Source: Lytechinus pictus (lineage: Eukaryota). Taken from it: DNA of 64,000 nucleotides. Below are positions 1 to 12,906 of the stretch, one piece after another. The stretch lies in NCBI RefSeq assembly GCF_037042905.1, contig NC_087256.1:1364001-1428000 (forward strand), written 5' to 3'. The position numbers were made by a program, and so were the translations under genes. The number at the start of each line of letters is the position of its first letter. The first letter of the stretch is position 1. The notes under the pieces are model-generated. The model was not told the DNA's origin. It saw nothing but the letters and a program-made list of their open reading frames with translations, and did not search any database.

Positions 1-999
1 TTGGTGCTTCTCATATACCAGGCACTCACCAAAAAGAGCTTTTTCAATTTCGTTGCATAAAAAAATGACTGTATCATATTTGATGTGGGGATACTTTTTT
101 CCATCATAACAATTTATTCATCCAGATATATATTCCATGGATGGTTTTATTCATTTATTCATTAAATTATTTTGAGGTTTAATCTATGTATTGACAAGGC
201 ATAATAGATAAAACACATTAATGCCTCCCGCTGTGGAATTCATCGTGTTAGGGTGCAGGTGATAGTATTTTCAATGTGTGTGACAGATCTTTACCATGAT
301 GTAAATAGTAAAAAATATTACACTCTTCGCTAGAGTAAGCTCAGGACCCAACCGTGTACAAAACCTAATAGGGTTGAATTAAACATATAAATATGTGATA
401 AAGCTATATATAGATATATAAATATAAACAAAGTGTACATAATATATATTTCACTATATATTTCATGTTCAGTTCAATATTCATGATCCTAATGGCAAAA
501 ATTAAAATTCATTTGGTTGCTGCACCAGACCTACTTGAAGTTCATATTGTTGTTTTATTTGTGTTTTTTTAAAGAAAAGTAGACTGTGGATGACAATTGA
601 TCGATGCCACATCATTGCATAAGCTTATCTCTCCAGATGAGCCAAGAAATCATGACTTTGGAAACACAGAAATGTAGTATGATAATCAATAATTATTATA
701 TTAGCTGTCATGGCTACCTTTCCAAATTAAAGAACAGTTGCTCTTTAATAAGAGAGACGGATTATAGTGAATCAAAGAAAGGGAAAGAGATGGGTTGATT
801 TTATAGGAGGAAGGAGAGGGAAAAGGAGATGTAGAGGGAGAGAGACAAAGGCAGGAATGCAGGAAGAGAGAGGGGAAGAAATAGGTAGTAGGGCAAGTGA
901 GTAGTCTGCATGCACAGACGCTTGGTCTTTCAATTCACATTGTGCATAATGCAGTCTGAAGTAGTGAGACTAGATTCACTATGTCCTTTGAAACAGATA

Positions 1000-1424
1000 G
1001 GCCCGAATTCACAAAGGTAGTTTTGAAAACCCACGGTTGTGTCCATGGTTTATGCAGATTTCCTGTATAAATTACGCTTATTTTACCGCTTATCGTGTGT
1101 ATAAAAAATGTCCAATGCTATGATGCGTGCTCATGTCACAGTGCGCCAAATTGATGCCTGTTACCATGGTTAGATACGCTATTTTATTCATGAGTCCACT
1201 ATTTGAAGAGTAGACTCATTATTCAAAACAGTGGACTCATTAATAAAATAGCATGGATAACCACGGCAACAGGCGTCAATTTGGCGCACTGAGTGGCAAA
1301 AGCTTGCATCAGCTTTGGACATTTTTCATCATACGCGGTAAAATAAGCGTAATTTATACAGGAAATCTGCATAAACCATGGACTCAACCGTGGGTTTTCA
1401 AAACCACCTTTGTGAATTCGGGCC
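1000..1424. mobile_element. Palindromic MITE, PIF/Harbinger-like
   Basis: GGCCCGAATTCACAAAGG...CCTTTGTGAATTCGGGCC; the arms pair over almost the whole 425 bp; 3-bp ATA duplication on both sides. Confidence 0.85.
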
Positions 1425-1989
1425 ATAGAGTTTGGTGTCTATTTTCCACTCTAGACATGGTATAATTGGTTAAAGTGTCAAATATGAGACTGTTCTTGCA
1501 GACTAGTGAGTGAGAGTGAAAAAGACAACAGTTATATAGAATAGAGTAGAAAGAGATAAACAGAAGGAAAGAGGGGGAGAGAGAGAGGAAGAGACAGAGG
1601 GGAAGGGGAGAAGGTAAATATATATACAAGACATTTGTGTGAGATCGGAAGGGACAAATCCATACTTTATACACCAGTGTAAATCTAAAGCACAATCCGA
1701 TTTCACCTATTTTTTGTACCCCCTCCTACAAAACAAAACTGAAGCCCTGCAAAAATGCACTTAAATGCATCATCATCTGCGTCACAAAAATTAAATTTAG
1801 CAATTACAAGCAGTATCTGACATTTTATCCCTCCATACAGCAATGTCAGACTAAAGCATAAACTTTTAAGTATCTCATTTTCCCCTGAGTTTTTCTACCC
1901 CCCACCCCCTCCTCCGCAAAATGAATCCAATAAAATTGAACTGTCACACTTAATCATGTGTATCACAAAAGTAAATATATCAGTGAAAT

Positions 1990-2625
1990 GAAATGCTAAA
2001 CTGCTTGTAATGAAATGAAATATTGAATACACACATCTAATTTAATTCCTTTTGACTGCAAAACAGTATAGCTTTTAGGATTTAATATGCTAATACTTAT
2101 GCTCTTATTATTGGAATTAAATTTTTAAACTGTAATGAAATGCTGATAAAAAACGTATTTTAAACCTTTTTGGAGGCAATACAGTGATTTTTTTTATATG
2201 TTAATTATACTGCATGCATATTATTGGAATTAAATTTTAAATTGTTAGTAATGAAATATTGATTATACACATATAAAAACCTTTTTGGAGGCAATGCAGT
2301 AACTTTTTTGAATAAGTATGCATTTATTATTAGAGTGAAATTTTTTGTATTGTTTGAAATGAAAATTGATTACACACATGTAATTCAAATCTTTTTGGAG
2401 ACAAAGTAATTTTTAGGAATTATGTTAATACTTCATGCTTGAATTTGAAATGAAATTTTGAAATGCTAAACTACTTGGTTGAGTAGAACTACTTGTAATG
2501 AAATATTGATTACGCACATCTAATCTCATTCTTTTTTATGGCAAAACAGTATAGCTTTTAGGATTTAATATGCTAATACTTCATGCTCTTATTATTGGAA
2601 TACAAATTTTAATATGTAATGATTT
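1990..2625. repeat. Degenerate AT-rich tandem repeat (~115-130 bp unit, ~5 copies)
   Basis: Recurring gtaatgaaatattgattacacacat...ctttttggaggcaa...attattggaattaaattt. Confidence 0.7.
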
Positions 2626-3228
2626 TTTTTCTACTGAATTTTTCAAGTGTTGTCATCTTTTGTCAAATGGAGGCTTTATATATGTATATACATGTATTAT
2701 TTGTTTGTAGTCTTTATGTAAACGGGTATTTACTTTCACTGTATATAATTCTTATAAATGTATTAATGGTTTTATATGTTTAATATGGCATTTTTTTAAT
2801 GTTTATTGACTTCAAGTTGTGAACAAAACAAATTTGAGCTTGATTAGAAGTATATGACTGATTCTTGCTTTAGACAGCATAGTAATTGTCTCATGTTAAT
2901 ACCCCCATTTGTCTACATCTCCCATCCAACTAATTGAAGCCCAGCAAAACTAAACCATAAATACATCATCATGTGTGTCACAAAAGTGAAATATCAGTAA
3001 AAGTAGAAGTATGACTTGCTTGCTGTAGACAGTAGTGTTAGTCTAAAACAAAAAGTGTTAGACCCATCTTCTAAGCTATGCTTGAATGTAAACCATGGTC
3101 TGTGTCTAGAAAAGATATTATTATTTTATGTTTTTGTGTTTTAACTATCAAAGCTCTTGACCATGTTTTACTGGTGAAGAAAAACTATTGTATTTACCAT
3201 TTCAAGAAAGACTGGTTGTGCAGTTTAA

Positions 3229-4350
3229 AGGGGAATCCAGCCTCGGTCACAAAATGTTGTGTTGGAAAGGAAAAAATGAATTAAACAGAATAGTTAAAGT
3301 TTGAAAGAAATCGGACAAGCAATAAGAAAGTTACGGCTGCTTTAAAATTGAGATCCCTAAGACTATGTAGATTTCTAATTGGCAACTGGGTAAGTATATT
3401 ATGACAAGGGGCAAGGATAACTTTCTCATAGGCCATGTTTAAAGGGATGCTCCAGGCTGAAAATAATATGATCTAAACAGATAAAGAAAAATCAGACAAA
3501 CAAAACACTGAAAATTTGATCAAACTCGGACAACGAATAACAAAGTTATGGCATTTAAAAGATTTGCAATATTCAATGAGCAAATTGATGTCATATCCCC
3601 ACTTCTCTTTTGTATTTTATTATATGAAATTAGGTTTATTCAATTTTTTTCTACCAAAAACTGAAAAAATTTGATTGTCAATTGATTTAGTTCATTAGAT
3701 ATTAATTGCTGCAACTTATTTCATTATAGAGGAGACACATTATTCACATATGTATGAAAAAAATGAAACAATTATGATTTCATATAATAACATTAGAAAA
3801 AGGAAAGTGGGGATGTGACATCATAAGCCCACCTAATGAATATTCATGACGACGTGCATATAACTTTTTTCACAAAATAATGCTGAAATTTTCAGCATTT
3901 TGCTCTGTGGATTTTACTCTATTTATTCAGATATAAATATTTTCAGCCCAGAGTACCCCTTTAATTATCAGGGATTTGTGGTTTTCTCTTAAGTACCCAT
4001 TTGCCTGGGGCAGTAATCTAAATATAACCCAGGTAGTAGATATAGCTTTATGTCCTCATGAAAGAAAAATATTATTTGAAGTAGAAGTTTTGAAAAAATG
4101 AAATTTTAGCAATTTTATGTATGGGAGTACATTGAAGACTAGTCCTTGCCTTACATCACTATGACATCACATATGCGACCAATTTGAAGTCTCCATCTGG
4201 TATAGTGATTGATCACCAATATTTACAACTTTAAAAAAATTCGTAACTTTCTTTTGAATTTGTCTGATATTGTTCAAACTTTCACCTATCAACTTGTCTG
4301 ATTTTTCTTTTTCCTCTAAAAATAAGTTTTTATTTGGGTTGGCTTCCCCT
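3229..4350. mobile_element. TTAA-flanked non-autonomous DNA transposon (Kolobok-like) carrying a nested insertion
   Basis: TTAA|AGGGGAATCCAGCC...GGTTGGCTTCCCCT|TTAA; an uninterrupted copy of the same family lies at 61658-62253. Confidence 0.85.
3443..3960. mobile_element. Nested TTAA-flanked non-autonomous DNA transposon (Kolobok-like)
   Basis: TTAA|AGGGATGCTCCAGGCTGAAAAT...ATTTTCAGCCCAGAGTACCCCT|TTAA; related copy at 58477-59010. Confidence 0.85.
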
Positions 4351-4439
4351 TTAAAAATCAAGACAACTTTGTTTTTCAACCAATATAAGCATACACTGAA
4401 TACTATTGCTTTATTTTACTAGTCACATCCAAACTTTTT

Positions 4440-4750
4440 TATCCAACTTTTTATATTTTATTGTAAAATGGAAGCCATATGATATTTACTCTCATGTAAC
4501 TCAGAAATGTAAGAATTCTTTTTACATAAGAATGAGGAAACCTTGGAATAGTCTAAGTAATGAATTAGTAAATGCACCCAGTGTCCACAGCTTCGAGAAT
4601 GGACTGGATAAGTATATTGGAGATGTGAACCTGTGAAGTACAAGTTTGATGCTGACCCACCAGGACATGATCCGGCCAACCAAAAGGGGAGACAGATTTT
4701 GGAGCTGAATATAGAGTCTTAGACTGCGTTCAGAAGCATCCATAGGTATG
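4440..4750 (+). mobile_element. 3' end fragment of a CR1/L2-group LINE
   Basis: Remnant peptide FYIRMRKPWNSLSNELVNAPSVHSFENGLDKY matches the typical ORF2 C-terminus pattern (WN.LP..VV.A.S...FK..LD). Confidence 0.6.
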
Positions 4751-7700
4751 TTGAAACTATAAATAAAACTCTACTACTGAGATACGTCAAACTCATGAGA
4801 CTCAGACAAGGATGTCTCTTTAAAAAAATATTTTATTCATATTTATATAGGCATACATTTAATTGTTCACCCTTACAATATGTATATCAATGTAACATAA
4901 AACAATGACGATTTTATTCAGAAGTAGATTTGATTTTAAAAAGATAAATGTATTAATTTTCAATAAAGATATTTGATACACACTGCTTTTAATAAATGTA
5001 TTTAGCATTTACCTAGCTGTATCTATACTAAAATGATTGGAAATTCTAATTGGAATGGTCCATTCAGTCAATGATGTCACTTATTCAGACTTTAATTAAT
5101 ACACTGGTAACATTATTTGGCAGGAGTAAACAAATAAATTAAAAAGCTTACAATACAAAGAAACAAAGATAAATATTCTCATGCAGCTGAGATGCAAGTT
5201 CTTTTACAACTAATGAACGACAATGTCTAAAAAAAGTCCATACCCATACAGACAAATAGATTTACTGGAAAGCTTAATATGATACATCAATATCAGAAAA
5301 TGGCAATCAGCATAGACATACTGTAACTTTTTGACATGCATTAATCAGCATACTGACCACATTCTGTGCCGTCAGAACTCAGAATGAGTTTGTAATAATA
5401 CTTGCCTTTTATGTGGTTGTTATTACCCTAACCACTGGGTACCAAGCCTGGACATTTAGTGCCCAGTTTCTCTCAGTTTTAATACATAAATTGTTTTGTT
5501 CTAGCAATCTGTTCATTCACACATTTTACTCTGAGTGCATGTTGAAAAGCTTCAGTAAGTCTGTGTTTTAATATTTTCTGATTCTGAAGTACTAAACATT
5601 TATTCCAACACCAATTTCTAAAAGAATAAAAGGATTTTAACATCATGCTACCCTCTTTTTTCAAACCAAATTTGATCACCTGATCATTGTAAAATTGATG
5701 AGTCAAATATCAAATCCTGCAAATGCATTTTACATGCAATGTACTTTTGACCTTTGATATTGCTGGAGTTAATCATTTCTTTAGCCAATAATTCTGACTA
5801 TATTACCCATTAGAACCAACAGGGTTCATTTGAAAGTCTGCCCTGCATTTTCCTAATGCATAAGAATAGTCATTGTTTAACAGTGTTACTTTGATAAAAT
5901 TTCTAAGCTCAGAGTGAGCTTTGCAAAGCTAAATGCAGTTGAATCATGCCAGAAAAGGATTTGCAAAAATATTGTGATGAATTTTGGCAGTATATCAGAG
6001 CTCCCTATCACAAAGGATTACAATCAATCGGTTGTGCAAATGATGATACATGAGATATTTTCACATCACTGACTGATAATGATTTCCTTGACCATATGTC
6101 ATTTCTCATAGTTTCTATTGTGATTACATAATACATCACAACACATCTAACCAACTTGCCACCAAAATACATTCTGAAATCTTACATTTTAATGATGTCC
6201 ATCTTCACATATATTGAACTTCAATTACTAATGCAATAATACATGTACTTAAGCTTATTGACAAAATTGCACTTTATCATATTAAAATGTTCTTTCAACC
6301 TATATTAGCAAAAAGTAGATATAAAAACAGAATACTAAATGCATTTTACCACATAAGAATATATTTTTACTACATGATCATCAAAACATGCAAGGAAAAA
6401 AAATCGAAATACTTAAGTTTATAAACGTTTGAATATAGAAAAAATTGGGGAAAAAATCCATCATATGAGAAAAATTAATAAGAAAAAAGCAAAAAGTGAT
6501 AAAACTTGATTGTGGAAAAAGTAAAGTACGATAATCAGTCATTCCCAAAATAAATGAATCCCAAATCCTGAAAAACAAATTATCTCTTGGATTTTCAGTT
6601 TCCTTGCAAGAATTGTAATAATAATTAACATATTGGTTGATAATTACATAGCATTCATTGTGATCAACCTACATTAAATAGACCAAACATTTATGGAGTG
6701 CTTTAAGAAAATGTGTTCACTATGTTCAAATCAATTTAGTCCTGCTATAAAATTTCGTTTTTCACAAAGCCCATGTTGCATATAAAACTACAATTAAGAA
6801 AAAGATAACTTTCTTATTTTTATCACAATTTTGTTATGCATGATCTACTAAAATGAACTTGGCTTTTGAATTATTCAAAGCATCTCAGAATAACTCGTAT
6901 TAGATTTCTAATTAATCATACTGACAGACAGTCAAATAATGATGAGATGTGCTTACTTATCAACTCATACTTCTCTGTCAATCCTTTTAAATGATATCCA
7001 CTAAACTTAAATGAAACGTTATAATTCATCAGTTAATCCACACTCTTACAACAAGAATCAACCATAATTCAACATTTCAAAGTACATGATGTATCACAAT
7101 TTTCATATGAGTTAATTTCTGTTTTTCATCTTGAATTGTATATAAACATGCATGAACATAGTAATACTGATTTAAACATCGACATGGTGTCTGATCCACA
7201 CCATAAATATGTTAATCAAATACCTCTACAATGCACAAAGCAATAGAAAATGCTGCTACAGCTAAGTGATATTCATGGCGTGCAAGGGTTCATAATACCA
7301 AGCAAAACCTGGCAGGTTTTTAAAAAATCTGCTATGTTACAACTGACTTTACACATGACTGGTAACTCTTTCTTGATGCTTATTAAAATCTCAATCATTT
7401 CAATTCTAATCTGCTAACAATTAAAATTTGATCTTTGAAGATTAAAATTCTTGTTGTTAACTAGCATGTGAATAGTTTGATCAGGTTTTAGGAAACACAC
7501 TCCCATGATGTTTGAAACAGGACAAAATGAGGTATCAATTATCACAAGAAAAGGTTACTAGTTGTGCATGAAGGTGTGCATAGCTTACAAAGAGATTTAT
7601 AACTTTATTATATAGTTTATATATTATATAGTTTATATTACATAGTTTATATAATATGTGCAGAAAAAACATATGGGGAAAGTAGTACGTTGAGCTCTGT

Positions 7701-9519
7701 TCAGCTATGATACAAGTCTACAGTAGATACTTGCTCAGAATCATGGCTTCATACAAGCTCAATGTCAGCTACATTGTAATAAGGTTGCAGAATACGTATG
7801 AATTATTTTCATGATGCCATTAAATGCTTTCTGTAAGGATTGAGTTATAAACATGCAGCACTTGATAAAGATTGTCATCACTCACAAGCTGTCATTCAGT
7901 GACAGTTACCATAGGAACAGTGCCTCTATGCTAATCAAGACCAATGACTAAACTAATCTGATAACTCACTAGCAATGGAAACAAAATGATTTAAAAAAAG
8001 CTATAAAATTCCTAACTTCACTGAACTCTACAGATTTAAGATCATAGTTGTTAAATCTGAAAAAAATATGAAATATGTGAAATATGGATATTTCAGTGTT
8101 ATCTTTATAGTATCCTTCATTTTTTTAACAACATGAACAAACAATGATATTAAGAACTTGTTAGGAACATAAGCATTAGGAAAGGTCTGACTTTGGATTG
8201 ATATCACACACCAAAGAAATGTTTCCAAATATAAAGTTGATTCATGATTATCTTAAAGCCCACATTTCTATTCACCTCCTATATAATTACTTCCTCTCTT
8301 AAAGCTGTCAAAATAAACACATCACAACAGACAGAATAAAGACCATGTGCTGTGACCTTTTCTCCCAATATTGCAATGTAGGTGAAAAGGTCAAGAATGT
8401 GTTTATAAACACTGAATTCAGTTGCATGTCTACATAAAGATTGATGGGGGGGGGGTATCCATATGTACCATAACAAATACAACATGCACTAGAATTCAGA
8501 TTTTTTTTTTAAACAAGATCTTTATATTAACAAATGACTTAAAGTGATGATTACTTTTGACTTATGCTCTTACAAGTAAATATATTCATTGCTCAAAACA
8601 CAGGTGTCTCATTCAGCTTGTAAGGATATGTAGTCAACTATTATAAAAACTTTTAAAAGAATTTATTAATGAAAGGAGGAATAAAATACAATTCTTTAAG
8701 TGCCAGGTTATGCTCATCCAAGTGTATTTTGAGAAGCAACTGTGGGTGATTTTCACTGATACATTTCCTATCAACCAATCAGATGCAAGGATTATTTGTT
8801 TCATGAAACACTCCCTTGTTTGTCAATTCTCAATTTGTGCAAAAGCTCCCTATTTGGAGTATTTCACCATAATACTTGTGAATCAATCTACATATATCAT
8901 GTATTTACATAATACTGGAAGCACTAGAAAATTTCCATAAGGGAACTCAATAAATCACATATTAACATCAGCATATATTATTTTATCATAGTTATAATGT
9001 TGTTCTACATAAATGCATTTGATTGACTAGTATCCTTACTCCTATATTTGTAACCTAGTAATCTCAAATAAGTCAATACCTCTCCATTCCTTATAACAAT
9101 TCACCATTCCCCATTCAGCCCATGATAAAGTAATGACATCTTCATATATTTCACATGAACAACCCATGGCTATACTTTCTACAATAAGACTTTGGTCTGC
9201 TCACAATGATTTAATTATTGCAATCAAGTTTTTAACATTTAAAGATATTAATATAATTTGATATTATGCATTATTCAGAAAGTATACAAATGAAATAGTT
9301 TACTAGTATAACTATTTATATAGCACCTATCCATCACTTTATCAGAAATCTGTTTTGTGCTCCACAATAATGCAGCACAAATAAAACTGTTTATACATGC
9401 GTTGTGTTTCACAAAATCATCTCCTGCAAGGTTAACTCAAACACTACTTTTGACACACACTAGTCTTTGCAATATTGATCCAGACTTGAGTAGAGATCTT
9501 AATCTTATATTAATGATCA

Positions 9520-9980
9520 CTTTAATAGAGATCATCGAAATGCTGCAGCTCGTATTGTTACTCTGTAAAAAAAAAACTTACATATTACTCCTATTCTGAA
9601 TTCGCTGCACTGGCTCCCTATCAAGGATTGGATAACTTTTGAGATTGTGTTGCTTGCCTTTATTGCATTCATGGATCAGCGCCCCACTTTTATCAATTAT
9701 TACATACCAACTAGGTCTCTACGTTGTTCAACATCTCATTCACTTGTGGTTCCAAAAGTTTCAAAAACTTGGGGGGGGGGGGAAAGATCCTTTGCTCATG
9801 CATGCCCCATACTATGGAACAGACTTTCCTGATGACATAAAAAATTGTATTTCTGTTGAATCTATCAAAAATGTTCTTAAAACCTTTCTTTATACTTCCA
9901 AATTTCTTTATGTACATTGGGCATTCTACAGAGTGGATTTGACGCTTTATAAGTCACATGTACATGTATTATTATTATTA
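9520..9980 (+). mobile_element. 3' end fragment of an L2-clade LINE
   Basis: YIPTRSLRCSTSHSLVVPK...GERSFAHACPILWNRL...; tail ...gacgctttataag...(tat)n. Confidence 0.65.
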
Positions 9981-10037
9981 AATCTTAATCTTTATTGATA
10001 TCTTATCTGAAACCATGCAGACTGTAGCACACATCTG

Positions 10038-10206
10038 GTGGGTGTTTCATAAAGCTGTTCGCAAGTTAAGAGCGACTTTAAGAACGACTGGTGATCCTTT
10101 CTTGTGGTAAATAGTATTGAATTGGCGATTGTTAAGCGCGTATAAGGGTTCACCAGTCGTTCTTAAAGTCGCTCTTAACTTAAGAACAGCTTTATGAAAC
10201 GGCCCC
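10038..10206. mobile_element. PIF/Harbinger-like MITE (family GGGGCCGTTTCATAAAGCTG)
   Basis: ~50-bp TIRs with CWG flanks; other copies at 17528-17706, 61613-62395 and a degenerate one at ~14473-14594. Confidence 0.85.
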
Positions 10207-10511
10207 CAGATCAAAGACATCAGGCAATACATAGGTCTCAATCTTAATCTTATCCTTACTTAAGCAGAGATCTTATTCTTAACTGAATTTTTTAGTGACA
10301 TCTGAAGCCGAAAATCATGTTTGCATACTGTACCACTGACCTGGGCCAATAACATATAGCTTAGCGATTGATCATGAAGCCAATTTTTACGATTGATCAT
10401 ACACAGTAATCAATGCAATCAATCGTAGAAATAAGCCCCGCATTCAATTGTTAAGTTTTATGTTACCGGGCCTAAAACTAGACTTTGATCAAGAATAGGG
10501 TCTGTGGTCCA

Positions 10512-10624
10512 CGTTGGCGGCGGAGCAGAGGATTATCTTTTGTGTTGGGGGGGACGCAACAATAGATATCTATTGTTGCGTCCCCCCCAAACACAAAAGA
10601 TAATCCTCTGCTCCGCGGCCAATG
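10512..10624. mobile_element. 113-bp hAT-type MITE forming a near-perfect hairpin
   Basis: 8-bp TSD GTGGTCCA (10504-10511, 10625-10632); whole element palindromic about agat|atct. Confidence 0.9.
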
Positions 10625-10880
10625 GTGGTCCATACTGATTCTTAAGGTATAGTAGGTACCCTACATTTCTCCAGGACAGTCTAGACACTTTCAAAACCAA
10701 TGAATCTTAAAATTTTAGCTAAGAGACATCATATTTTGAAATATCTCATGATCTTACAAGAAGGAAAACATGCTGTATAAGGCAGCGCTTGTGCACATTC
10801 AAACTTGAAAGTTATTGCTAAGTGGCATAACATCGGGAATGAAGAGCACTGCCACCATTTTCCTAATTAATAATAATCAT

Positions 10881-11232
10881 GGAGGAGCTGTGGTGTAGTG
10901 GTTCTGACTCTCACCTTGTAAACAGAGGGTCATGTGTTCAAATACCATCACGGTCTGGCATCCTTTGGCAAGGCGTTAATCCACACTTTGCCACTCTCGA
11001 CCCAGGTGATTAATGGCTACCCGGTAGGATGTGAAGGTTATTGTAGCTTGTCCAGTACTGTGTGCGCCTCACCGGCAACTGACTGGAATACTCCCCAGGG
11101 AGTTGAGGATGTGCATACATTGTGTGCGGGAATGACTTATTGAATCCGATGACCGGGGTAATAATATATCTGTAAAGCGCTTAGACACGTCGTTTCTATG
11201 TATCAAGCGCTTTATAAAAGCGGATTATTATT
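10881..11232 (+). mobile_element. tRNA-derived SINE with L2-like 3' tail
   Basis: A-box TGGTGTAGTGG, B-box-like GTTCAAATAC, 3' tail tgtaaagcgcttag...aagcgctttataaa...(att)n. Confidence 0.85.
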
Positions 11233-11289
11233 TTCCTAATTCAACTCAAGCACTGTTTAATTTGCATGAAATCAACCTGACAATACTGT

Positions 11290-12099
11290 GGGTGCGTTTA
11301 TGCTTCCACTGCGTAGACAGAATGAGCATTTTCAAACGTTGTTTCAAAACACTGATCGCAAATGTGGTTCTGGAGGTGCTGTTTATGCTTAATTTTTCAG
11401 AGGCGAAATCGCGATCTGCAGCTGGCTTAGCATCGTAATTTTCGTTGAGCAGGAAAGTGAGGTCAAATTGGGCGCGCCTTTTTTCGAAAGGTTTTTTTCC
11501 CCGAGTGTTGTTATGGTCGACAATTATTTTAACTTAGAACAATTTTCGATCTTTAAGTAATTGCATGGAGCTACTTGACATAGCTATAGAATTTTCAGCA
11601 TGGTGAGGATAATAGTAAGATAAAATAAAGAATATTAAAGTATACAAAAGAAAATAATAAGATATCTAATTATTTATGCTACTGGGGCTTTTGGCTCAGT
11701 GATGTCTCCTCATCATAACTCATGTTCCGTTCTTTTTATAATCATACCATGCAATGTACATACAATGGTCTTTAATAAAATCAGAGAGAGATGAGAGGTA
11801 ATGCCGTGGAGGTCCCTGTTAGAACCATGCGACTGTATTTGCCCGCGGATTTTCATCTCACCGGAAGCATGTACCAAATGACGTCATTTAAACACGTTTA
11901 CGATCGCGGTCCTGTTTATGCTTCCCCAGAAAGCCTGATTCTGGTCAAACGACGTTTAGAAATGCACCTTTTTGTAAGTTTACGATCGGCATTCTGTAAC
12001 ATCGTTTAAAAGAAAGTAAGCATGGACGCAACCGTGTTTTGAACCCCCACATATGAAAACGCTGATTCTGGCCTGAAAAGTGGAAGCATAAACATTGTC
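11290..12099. mobile_element. Non-autonomous TIR element (~810 bp), PIF/Harbinger-like
   Basis: Left end gggtgcgtttatgcttccact...agaatgagcattttc pairs with right end gaaaacgctgattct...agtggaagcataaac; internal repeats of gtttatgctt. Confidence 0.7.
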
Positions 12100-12365
12100 T
12101 AAGATATATGTAGCTTATCCTGGATCTTAAATCATCAAAGCCAGTGTGACCTTCAGAGATTGAATATTCTAGTTACGGAAGGATCAATGAAGATCCAATG
12201 CAACGACTATGGCATATTCTTACAATGCACTTTGGCACATTTCAATGCCCTATGATTTGCTCTCATGAATACTGTAATCATACAATCCTATAGCACAGCT
12301 GCAAGGACTCTCTCAAAAACTCTCCTTCAAACAAACCATCCTCACCAAGACTCTCCTCGGCCAGC

Positions 12366-12690
12366 ATTCTTCATCTCACCATGTATTCCCAGACAGATTA
12401 ATATCCTTCATCTCTATGCCATGGTGTCTTGGAACTTCTTCACCTCACCAGGCATTCCAGGACAGATTCTCTTCAAGGCATAACTATGCCCTTCATCTCA
12501 GAGACCCCATCCTGGACCTTCTTCAGCTCACCAGTTATTCCTGGACAGATCCTCTTCAACGCAGATTAATATCCTTCATCTCTAGACCCTGGAATCTTGG
12601 ACCTTCTTCAGCTCACCAGGTATTCCTGGACAGATCCTCTTTCAGCGCAGTTCAATACCCTTCATCTCATAGATCCCATCCTGGACCTGT
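12366..12690. repeat. ~84-bp tandem repeat (about 4 copies) overlapping the ENTPD stop codon
   Basis: Unit ccttcttcagctcaccaggtattcctggacagatcctcttcagcgcag...cccttcatctc...atcctgga. Confidence 0.85.
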
Positions 12691-12906
12691 CCTTCTTCCG
12701 TCATGAAGTACGCCATGGTAGGAACCCTGGTCAGACCGCTCCTTGACGTCGACCTCATCCTGCCCAGCCAGCGGGAGTACACGAAGATGAAGGCGATGAC
12801 GACCAGGAAGCAGACGACTAGGACGTACTGGTTTGAGAGCCAGGGAGCTGCTACCCGGATCCAAGGTGGTTTGTAAGACTTCTGGAATGCACCTTGCTGA
12901 ATCTCT
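12642..12906 (-). CDS. ENTPD4: ENTPD4/7 last coding exon (C-terminal TM helix, stop)
   Basis: EIQQGAFQKSYKPPW...NQYVLVVCFLVVIAFIFVYSRWL...DGIYEMKGIELR*; TGA at 12644-12642. Confidence 0.92.

Noticed and set aside
1-9300. Additional protein-coding gene among the short ORFs at the left end
   Set aside because: All are short, low-complexity or repeat-derived, with no recognisable domain and no consistent exon chain.
12366-12690. CRISPR-like repeat array (also considered for 1990-2625 and 54954-55743)
   Set aside because: The units are contiguous diverged tandem repeats without unique spacers, there are no cas genes, and the context is eukaryotic.
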